This document shows, in pieces, positions 54,235 to 64,000 of a DNA stretch of 64,000 nucleotides. Every line of letters starts with the position of its first letter. The first letter of the stretch is position 1. The position numbers and the translations under genes are program-made. The notes below the pieces were generated by a model. It saw only the letters and a program-made list of their open reading frames with translations. It did not search any database and was not told where the DNA came from. The stretch is from Octopus sinensis (Eukaryota). The DNA is taken from assembly GCF_006345805.1 (NCBI RefSeq), contig NC_043000.1:27342001-27406000 (forward strand), given 5' to 3'.

Positions 54235-54297
54235 GTAATTGAACCGCCCACCGGTTCGACGCATCAGCGGATTCCGGACGACCGCCCCCTATTCGAA

Positions 54298-54940
54298 GCC
54301 AGCTGGGGCAATAAGTCTACACTGGCTAGTAAGTCGGCTTTACAATATCAAAACTGCCGACAAGTGGTATAATCACCACCCTGACGCTGTAACTGAAGGA
54401 GAAAATGTAACCATTCTGTGGGACTTTCCAGTACATACAGACCGAACCGTCAAGGCCAATAAACCAGATGTTGTGAAAGACCAAAACAATAAAGTTTGCT
54501 TATTGATCGACATGAGCATCCCTGTGATCATAATATCTCAGCGAAAGAGTTTGACAAGCTCAGAAAATATAAAGACCTACTCATTGAAATTGAGAAAATG
54601 TGGCATCTCAAGGCGGTTACAATACCAGTGATCGTAGGAGCACTAGGAATGATCAAGAAGGGAACCGAAAATTATATGAGAATGATCCCTGGCTTACCAT
54701 CCCTGCAAGAAGTGCAAAAGATTGTCTTCACTGGTACATCACACGTATTGAGAAGAGCATTGTCGATGTGAGAACTGTTGCTGCTCATGTATTTTAATTT
54801 AACTTTAAAAAAAAAAAATGAACGAACTATTGAGTTTGGTTTAATGGCCTACCAATATATACTATGAGTTTCTTTGCCCTAGGAGTCGGGAAGACACTCG
54901 GCAAGAAATGGAAGCAAATTTGAAAGAAGGAAAAAAAATA
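54298..54940 (+). mobile_element. Dong LINE 3' fragment (RLE domain)
   Basis: ILWDFPVHTDRTVKANKPD, KYKDLLIEIEKMW, PVIVGALG; (AAT)n/(AAG)n tail. Confidence 0.9.
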
Positions 54941-54990
54941 ATAATAATAATGATAATAATAAGAATAAGAATAAGAATAAGAATAAGAAT

Positions 54991-55142
54991 AATAATAACA
55001 TCGAAAATTACCTTAGGAATGAGAACTCAGGTTCGAAATTTCCCCAAGACACCTGATGAAGTTTGCAGTTTCCATCAAATGTAAATAATATAAATAATAT
55101 AAATAATGCACATAATTCCTCATCTCTTAAATAGAGAACTGT
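54991..55142 (+). mobile_element. Family P3 element, internally deleted
   Basis: Same start as 29377; GACAC-CTGATGAA retained, stem II and GAAAC lost. Confidence 0.7.
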
Positions 55143-55220
55143 AAGTGGATCTAGTAATTAAACTACAACGGTTTCATCCAAATATTAAAACAATATTATG
55201 AATTTGTTCAATATTATGTA

Positions 55221-55430
55221 TTTACTCTTTTTCTCCTTTACGCGTTTCAGTCACTTCACTTGCGGCCATGCTGGAGCACCGCTTTTAGTCGACGGAATCG
55301 ACCGCAGAACGTATTCCTTGTAAGCCTAGTACTTATTCTCTCGGTTTCGGGGATATAAACACACCAACACCGGTTGTCATGCGATGGTGGGGTGGGGGGA
55401 CAAAAACAAACACAAAAACACACGCACACA
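55221..55430 (-). mobile_element. SINE-B 3' half
   Basis: gtttcagtca..gcggccatgctggagcaccgc..gtaagcctagtactta. Confidence 0.8.
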
Positions 55431-56080
55431 TAAATATATTTGTATATACATACATGTCCCCGAAATATGTGATCCACAAGAGTTCGGCTCTATCACACAA
55501 TGTGAAAATTAGTATATTAATAGCTGACTTAGAATAATGAAAAACATACCCCACTCCCTGTGCAAACATTGGGAGGAATAGAAACACACACAAGACTTCA
55601 TGCATCTTCATGCAAAGAAAACAAAGAGAAAACCAACACTGCTATCTTATGCATACGAAAAATAACATAGTATTTAAAACACGCACACACACTCACACAC
55701 ACATACGTATGCAAACACTTATGGATAAACACACGCACATTCAGACATATGCAGACATACACACACTCACATACTTATCTCGGACAGATCTCGGACAAAT
55801 CCCAACAGTAGAACATAAGTTCAACGGAAATGGCAGTAGAGGAGATTGCGACAATGCGATGAAACAATTATTTGACAAAGAAATGAAAACACTAACAATA
55901 CTGAACATTGGAACGATTAACTGTTTGACCAAAGTGTTTGACCAAAGTGTTTGAAAAACTAGTAAAAAAACGGCTGATCGATAAATTGGTTAACTAAGTA
56001 ACTAACCCATTAACTAACAATAACAGAAAAGGACCAAACCAGTGCATGTGTTTATTAATACCGGAAATAATGCCGCTAAC

Positions 56081-56252
56081 ACACGACGGGCTACTTTCAG
56101 CTTCCATCTGCCAAACCCACACAAAAGGCTTTGGTCGGCTCGAGGCTATATTAAAACAACACACTTGCCCAAGATGTTCCACGCAGTGGGATTGAAGCCG
56201 GAAACGTGCGGTTGGGAAGTAAGCTTCTTACCACACAGCTTCGCTTGCACCT
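56081..56252 (-). mobile_element. SINE-B 5' half
   Basis: acgacgggct..ctttggtcggctcgaggctata..cttcttaccacacagc. Confidence 0.8.
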
Positions 56253-56599
56253 TTGTTCAGAGACATTAAGTTTCAAATATATAATATATAGAAGTAAAAT
56301 TTAATCTGAAAGAACGAGTATCTTAAAGAGGATAACGCCACTCAGTACACACGGTATTACAGAGATTATTCGTCACGCAGCAGTGACACAATCTAGTCAG
56401 AGATTAAAAAATCATATTGAGAATTAAAACGTGAAACCAAAGAAGACAAATACAATTTGTGACATAAAAACTATTTGCATTTTCCATTCTCGGCCAATTT
56501 TTAAAAAGTTCCAATCAACGATAAATATTTAGAAAAATATGATTAAAAAAAGGACAGGAAAAAATAGAAAAATATGCGAAAAAGATTTTGTAGGAAATT

Positions 56600-56992
56600 T
56601 CTTTTCTTTTCATTTAATTCTTGCAGTCATTTGACGGTGGCCATGCTGTATGATCGTCTTTCGTCGAGCAAATCGACCCCAGAGTTTATTCTTTGTAAGA
56701 CAAGTACGTATTTTATCGGTATCTTTCGCCGAACCACTAGGTTAGGGGGACGCAAACAAACTAGCATTGGTTGTTGTCAAGCAATGGCGGTGGGACAAAC
56801 ACAGGTACACGAACACGCGCACGCGCACACACAAATATCTTTTAGTTTCCGTCTGCCAAATCCACACACAAGGCTTTGGTCGACACGAGGCTGAAGCAGA
56901 AGACACTTGCCCAAGTTGCTAAGCAGTGGGACTTAACCCGGATCCATGTGGTTGGTGAATAAGCCACTTACTACAAAGCCACCCCTGCGCCT
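56600..56992 (-). mobile_element. SINE-B, full length
   Basis: Reverse complement aligns with 10348-10825. Confidence 0.8.
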
Positions 56993-57042
56993 ATATGTCT
57001 AATATTTCAGTTGTGTATTTAACCACTACGCCATATGCCCAT

Positions 57043-57118
57043 GGGCATATGGCGTAGTGGTTAACAGCGCGGGCTATTAACCCCAAGATTTCGAGTTCGA
57101 ATCCATGCAGTGATCGGA
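57043..57118 (+). mobile_element. Minimal tRNA-derived SINE-D with (AAT)n tail
   Basis: Homologous to 53583; preceded by an inverted copy of its first 22 nt. Confidence 0.75.
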
Positions 57119-57129
57119 ATAATAATAAC

Positions 57130-57180
<51 letters not shown>

Positions 57181-57204
57181 GTGAAGAAAAAAGTGAAAAA
57201 GAAA

Positions 57205-58324
57205 AGGGAAAAAAGTGAAGAAACAAATGAACCAAAAAACTATAGCCCATAACCTGCTTAACAACTATGTACAAAACACTAACATCTGTCCTGACGGAAT
57301 ATACCTATAGTTTTTTAACAGGCAGCAGCATATTCCCTAATGAACAGAAAGGATGTAAACGTGGATCCTACGGCTGTAAAGACCAACTACTCATCAATAA
57401 GATGATCTTAGAAGATTGTCACAAACGACACAAAAACTTATCAATAGCCTGGATAGACTATAAAAAGGCTTTTGATAGCCTACCACATAGCTGGATTAGG
57501 AAATGCCTGGAAATGTATAAGATAGCACCTACTCTGCGAAACTTCTTGACTGTAAGTATGAGATCATGGAGAACCACACTAACTCTGAACAGTGACAATG
57601 AATCCCTAAATGCTGGTGATGTAAAAATTTCGTGTGGCATTTTCCAGGGTGACTCACTGTCACCACTCCTCTTTTGTTTATCCTTAATACCTCTCTCAAA
57701 GCTCTCAATGACGCGCAGTACGGGTATAAAATGTTTGATAAAAATATAAATCATCTCGTTTACATGGATGATTTAAAGCTTTTTGCAAAAAATGACGAAC
57801 AACTCAAGGGCTTACTAGCGATAGTCAAACAATTCAGTGACGACATCAGAATGCAATTCGGCCTCGATAAATGTGCAAAGGCTACCTTTATCAAAGGAAA
57901 AATGACAGAAACATCTAACGTTAACCTTGACCAACAGAATGTCATAAAAGAACTAGACCCAGCGGAGAGCTACAAGTACCTAGGGGTAATTGAAGGGAAC
58001 GGAATAAGGCATTCAGAGATGAAGGAAAGGATCAGGAGAGAATGCTATCGATGATTGCATTCAAAAGATAGTGCTCATGGGAACTGCTCATATCCTACGC
58101 AAAATACTCTCTATGTAATCCCAAGGTTAAAAAAAAACTTATTTATTTATTTATTTATTATTTTTTTTTATGTATTAGACATTCACTAGTACAACACCAA
58201 AAAAAAAAAGAAAGGAAAATAAAAACAAATATATGGCACAGAACTTCCAACCTGTTGTCTCTTGAGGTCTCTGGGTGAGACTTGGAGCCAACTTGTACAG
58301 ACATAAAGCAAAAGTCAAACATAG
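57205..58324 (+). mobile_element. Dong LINE (same subfamily as 30286), 5'-truncated and internally deleted
   Basis: TNEPKNY.PITCL, AWIDYKKAFDSLPHSW, YMDD; RT joined at ECYR to the last ~20 codons; 3' UTR near-identical to 30286-30450. Confidence 0.95.
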
Positions 58325-58343
58325 AATAATAATAATAATAATA

Positions 58344-58412
<69 letters not shown>

Positions 58413-58413
58413 C

Positions 58414-58562
58414 AATAACATCGAAAAATACCTTAGGAATGAGAACCCAGGTTCGAAATTTCCCCAACACACCTGATGAATGCCGAGGTATATCAGCCGA
58501 AACGTTCTGTTAACAACAAACAAGATGAGGACAAATATCCGTCAAATGTAAATAATGTAAAC
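58414..58562 (+). mobile_element. Family P3 hammerhead-bearing element
   Basis: CACAC-CTGATGA-A..CAGCC-GAAAC-GTT-CTGTT at 58468-58511; follows the Dong (AAT)n tail. Confidence 0.75.
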
Positions 58563-58768
58563 AATGTCTAGTTTTTGTTTCAAACATTGATACCAATACC
58601 ATGGCCATGACACACATTAACCAGAAAGTCTTTTTTCTTCTCAAATATTCCAAGTTTAAGTCCACATCGCATAGATTGTACAGTTATCAATTCAAATAAT
58701 GGGCATATAATGTTTATATGCACACACACACACATATGTGTGTGTATATATATATGTATATATATATA

Positions 58769-58889
<121 letters not shown>

Positions 58890-58892
58890 AGA

Positions 58893-59223
58893 AGGCGCAT
58901 GGCTCAGTGGTTAGAGCGTCGAGCTTACCATCGTGAGGTTGTGAGCTCGAATCCCGGACCGGGCTGCGTGTTGTGTTCTCGAGCAAGGCACTTTATTTCA
59001 CGTTGCTCCAGTTCACTCAGCTGTAGAAATGAGTTGCGACGTCACTGGTGCCAAGCTGTATCGACCTTGGATAACACTGGTGGCGTAGAGAGGGGAGGCT
59101 GGTATGCATGGGCGACTGCTGGCCTTCCATAAAAAACAACCTTGCCCGGACTTGTGTCTAGGAGGGTAACTTTCTAAGTGCAATCCCATGGTCATTCATG
59201 ACCGAAGGGGGTCTTTACCTTAC

Positions 59224-59226
<3 letters not shown>
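58893..59226 (+). mobile_element. tRNA-derived SINE-C inserted in (TA)n
   Basis: GGCGCATGGCTCAGTGG, GCTCGAATCCC, central GTGTTCTCGAGCAAGGCAC; (TA)n on both sides. Confidence 0.75.
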
Positions 59227-59312
<86 letters not shown>

Positions 59313-59682
59313 GATAGATACATAGATAGATAGATAGATAGATAGAACAAAACCGCAATTGATGGTATTTACTCGTTCAGAGTTAGACGATACAAAGGCA
59401 GACAAGAGAAACAACAATTGGAAAGAGAGGCAAAAAAGAGACGGGTCATTCTGGTTTTCTTTCATCAGTCAAGTCCTAGATACCCCGACCATTTCGGGCA
59501 GTTACACTTGAGAGGGTTCGATCTAGTTATCCACTAAAACTTCTAAAAAAAGCTAGCGAATATGACCAGCAACAAAGACAAGAAATTAAATAAACAAAAG
59601 AAAACGGAGTACATGGTACACACACGCACACACACACACATACACACACACACACATACACACACACACACACACATGTATG

Positions 59683-60940
59683 TATTGGGTTGGCAACTAA
59701 GTTCCCACCGTTTTTTAAAATTTGAATTTTTGAAAAAGCCCCATTAAAAAAGAACAACTAATTAATCAATAATGTATTCATTCTTGTTGTTTACAACTTC
59801 TCAAAGTTCATCACGATTTTCAATACCTCATTGGTAGAAATCACCCGATTGCGACTTGAAAAATTGATCCATCCAAGCTCTCAATTCTACATCAGTATTG
59901 AACCAAACTCCGCGCATAGAATTTGAAAGAGATCTATGGAGGTGGAAATCCGTTGGTGCCAAACCAAGAGAGTGTGATGGGTGTGTCAGCACTTCCCAGC
60001 CATACGTTTGAATGACTTCCTAGGTCATATTGGCGATATGGGGGCGGACGTTGCCGAGCAACAGAAGAACTCCATGCTGCCGATTAGGTCTTTTCTCTTG
60101 AATAGCCGTGTTGATTCGTTCCATCTGTTGAACATAGAGTTCCGCCTTGACCGTTTGGTTCCGTTTAAGCAATTCGTAATGGATAATCCCTTCCCAGTCC
60201 CACTATACGCACAACATCGTTTTACGTGGATGACTGTATTGTTTCACGCGCGGTGTCGCTTGTTTACCGGGGTTAAGCAATTCCTTACGCTGTTTCATAC
60301 TATTCGGTAAAGAAATCGTTGTTTGTAACCATGAGTTGAGCAGTGACGAGCAAGCAAACCAGCGGATATTGTGACACGTTGATTTTTGTCGTAATCACTT
60401 AAAGCATGCGGAATCCATGCTCCATACTTCTGAACCTTTCCCATCGAGTGACGATGCTCCTCTATAGTGGTGTGGGGGCATTCAATTTTCATTCCATTTC
60501 CCTTGTCGTTTGACGAGATTTTCGTGCAAATTTGGTTCAATCGCTCTGCATCGAACTCAACTGGACGACCAGAACGAGGTGCTTTTTTGAGGTCAAAATT
60601 TCGATTTTTGAACTTGGAATACGAATCACGAGCAGTTATTTCAGCTATTGCATACACAGCACAAATATCGCGAATAGATTTTGCGGCCTTAGAACCTTGA
60701 TAAAAAAGCAAAAAGAAGGAGGCGTCGAAAATGCTCATTTTTTCTTAATTTGACATTCCATTTTAAGGATCTGAAAATAAACAAAAATTTACTAAAATTA
60801 ACTAGAAAAAAAGCAACAAAATAGATTCGAAAATGATTCAAAAATAGAATTTGCGGAAAAAATAGATTCAAAATTTTTTAAAATGCAATAAATTCCAAAA
60901 TCAAGAATAAAATAGCGGGAACTTAGTTGTCAACCCAATA
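59683..60940 (-). mobile_element. Mariner transposon, full length, degenerate
   Basis: TIRs TATTGGGTTGGCAACTAAGTTCCC / GGGAACTTAGTTGTCAACCCAATA; transposase PRSGRP and WIPHAL motifs; frameshifted. Confidence 0.9.
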
Positions 60941-61182
60941 TATTATGCGTGTTGAAAAACACGTGCACTCTGATGTAGGGAACCTAATTTACGTATATCG
61001 ATAAATACGTAGGATGTTTCAGCGGAAGGATGGACCGCATTACTGTAGCATGCAGAACTTAAAGGTAACCATGGTCGTGCCCGACAAAAGAAAGCCATCT
61101 AGTAAATTATTGGAGGCATAAATTCTGTCTCATACTTTCTCTATCTCGCTCTTCCTTCTCTTGATACTTTATCTTCTACAGT

Positions 61183-61226
<44 letters not shown>

Positions 61227-61739
61227 TATCTATACTCAAACCCCTCCACACACACACGCATATAACTGTTAATAGAAGCTGGTGTGCATTGCATTCAGTT
61301 ACTTAATAAATGAAAAAAATATATCGTAAATAGACAACGACAAGGTGAAAACGTCCAACTTATAGTAAGTGCACAACCGGATGGGAGACAGACACAGAAG
61401 GTCCCTATTCAACCTGGCTGATAACTGATAAAGTATTAAGGCTCTTCTTTGTATGTTTTCAGTCCGTTTGAACATTCAGTATGCGTTGTACGTTTTTTCC
61501 CCGTTGTTTTTTTGCAATACATTTTTTTCATATATTAAATATATATATATATATATAATCAAAATGAGGGTGAAAAAACTGGATATTAATTTGATAACAT
61601 TAATTTTAACACAAGTGGTCTAGCATATAAAAAAAACTAAGATTCTGTAAAATGTATTTCATACATAAATATAAGAGGGAATTTTTTAACCACTATGTGG
61701 AAACCATTATACTAGAAGAAAATCCGCTGTGGTCTTCAC

Positions 61740-61742
<3 letters not shown>

Positions 61743-61805
<63 letters not shown>

Positions 61806-63000
61806 ATATTTCGGAATGGTCATATTGCCAGTTTAGCCAATAAACGTACATATATATATATATATATATAATCGTTTATAGGTATTACTAAAATATCTAT
61901 ACATATGTGAGTTTATGTCTATGTATTTGGTTCTGTCTGTATGTGTAAGGTTTCTATGCATTTCTGTAACTTCATGCATGGAAATCACTCACGCTTTCAT
62001 AAGGTTTAAAAGGTGTTGAAACATTTAAGATTTTTAATCAAATATTTACGTTAAAAATATTTTCTATACCTTGTCTCAGATATATAATCGTTGCAAAGAA
62101 TATCTGCAATTAAACGTTCGTTTAATTCCGTTATAATCTAACATCTGCTACTTACATACAAGCGTAATAGCGGTCTTATGTCAGACAAACCATGAAATGC
62201 CATCCTGGAAGTGAAGTTTGTTCAAGGGAAGCTATTAAACATCTTCCGCTCCAATTAACCGGAAGTTGTAAACAAGTAAGAAAAAAGAAAAATGACTCAG
62301 GCTTGAATAGCGAATTAAATTGGAAATTGGCAAGTAGTTACGTAGTCTACAAAATCTCTCTTAGGAAAGTGAATAAACAGATCACAGAGAACCACTGATA
62401 AAATGTCATTTATTTTGTATTGGCTTGTCATTTTTTCCGGTGGTATTTCATGTATCATTACAGGCTCGAAATGATGTCCTGGTTAATAAAGAAATGCTAT
62501 GATAGGCAGATTTGTGAAGGTTTCTACTGCCATTATAAAAATAGCTCGGATCACATCTGCATATATCATATATGCACAGGAGCTATTATAATGAGGCAAT
62601 TTATATACGATGCCCCAGTCATTCGCCCACAAACTTATTGATAAATGAAGGACAGAGACTGAAGTTTTCTCATGTTTATATTTATTCATCTAAAACCATG
62701 TAATAATTTTTCCCTCGTCTACCGTTTCCGGCGGGATAGCAATTTTTAGAAACTCTTCTATGATTAATATGAGGCTTGAAAGAAATTGCGACTTAATATG
62801 TATAAATACATAGACAAGAGAATACATACATACATATATAATATATATATTCGCATACACATGCACCTCACACACACGCACACACACATATACATATATA
62901 TGAGTATAAAAATGCAACTCTAGGTACACACACATGCATATACACACTAACACAAACGCATATATATATATATACATGTGTGTATATATATATGTATATA

Positions 63001-63037
<37 letters not shown>

Positions 63038-63070
63038 CATGTGTGTATATATATAGTATATATATATATA

Positions 63071-63142
<72 letters not shown>

Positions 63143-63331
63143 ATATATATATCCATATATATTATATATACATATATATATGTATAGGAAACTAGATGGT
63201 AAAATATTTTTCATTCCGTTCCTGTCGAATTTTATTCCTAATTTTGTGGTTATAGAAATTAGCTGTTCTTTCTAGCGTGTTGAATCCTATGAGTGGATTC
63301 CTCATGTGTTTAAATGTACACTGTGTCTTAT

Positions 63332-63376
<45 letters not shown>

Positions 63377-63510
63377 ATATATAATACAAATATCTATATA
63401 TAATTTAAAAATCATTGCGTATGTAAGTGCAATACGCACGTGTGAATGCATATATACAGGTTTGCATGTGTGCATGTGTGTGTGCGTATATGTATGTATG
63501 TGTGAATGAG
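61743..63510. repeat. (TA)n/(CA)n/(TG)n tracts separated by unique AT-rich DNA
   Basis: Tracts at 61743-61800, 62830-63190 and 63335-63510. Confidence 0.85.
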
Positions 63511-63938
63511 GGAGTGAGTGTACTGTCATGCGATGGTTTTTCAGAAACCAGTTTCGTTCCTCTATTGTTAATATACTTTTTTATTCTTATAATGTACTCT
63601 GTGTAAAGTTTGAGTGTTTACCATGTGTCTGATGTATTTATATTTCGTTTCTATTGTTCCGTGATTTCGCCTTACAATATCTATTATTGAGTAGTGTATT
63701 TTTTATGGAAGTTCATGTATCTAGTGACTCCCTTTCAGAGGAGAATATTGGTACTCTTCTCAGAAAAGATTTTTACCGTTGAAATATTTTGTTGGCGTTG
63801 GTATTAGTTACCTTCCTCAAGGCACTGCTAGTAATTTCTAATCTCAGCAACAGTAGTCACAGAATAATTTAATGTATAGACACCACTCTGTAGTAAATCC
63901 AATCATTCTAGCTGCGAACATATTATTTATATCAGATA

Positions 63939-64000
63939 CAGAATTTCCTCCCCATATCGCGGTTCACCTATCGCGCACTCAATACATCGCGGATTTTTCT
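63939..64000 (+). mobile_element. Tigger/pogo-like MITE left end (runs off the window)
   Basis: TA|CAGAATTTCCTCCCCATATCGCGG with repeated ATCGCG subterminal motifs. Confidence 0.5.

Overview
Very AT-rich, microsatellite-saturated eukaryotic DNA, intronic or intergenic. The repeat families resemble those of coleoid cephalopods, most likely Octopus (inference from recalled families, not a database match). I can support no intact host protein-coding gene. Most ORFs in the supplied track are translations of (TA)n, (CA)n, (AAT)n and (GAAA)n tracts. The real coding remnants are all transposons: a long CR1-clade LINE ORF2 (42721-45429), several R4/Dong-clade RLE LINEs in (AAT)n arrays, a decayed Penelope-like element (PLE, 35830-38235), RTE-like scraps and mariner transposases. 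These are interspersed with at least four tRNA-derived SINE families, Helitron-type and hAT/Tc1 MITEs. Highlights: (1) about a dozen minimal type I hammerhead-ribozyme (HHR) motifs from several distinct sequence families. They include one textbook-perfect motif (51291-51333, minus), one with a ~92-nt extended stem II (23619-23745) and head-to-head pairs inside fold-back palindromes, suggesting a PLE-driven, retrozyme-like short-element system. (2) A full-length U6 snRNA fused to a CR1 3' tail and inserted in (TA)n (22043-22220). (3) A tailless tRNA-Asp retrocopy with a 7-bp target-site duplication (TSD) overlapping its T-loop (48174-48235). (4) Apparent partitioning of microsatellite targets: CR1 in (TA)n, Dong/R4 and its passengers in (AAT)n. 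All ribozyme calls are by-eye folds, with no activity shown. Family labels SINE-A to D and P1 to P3 are my own working names.
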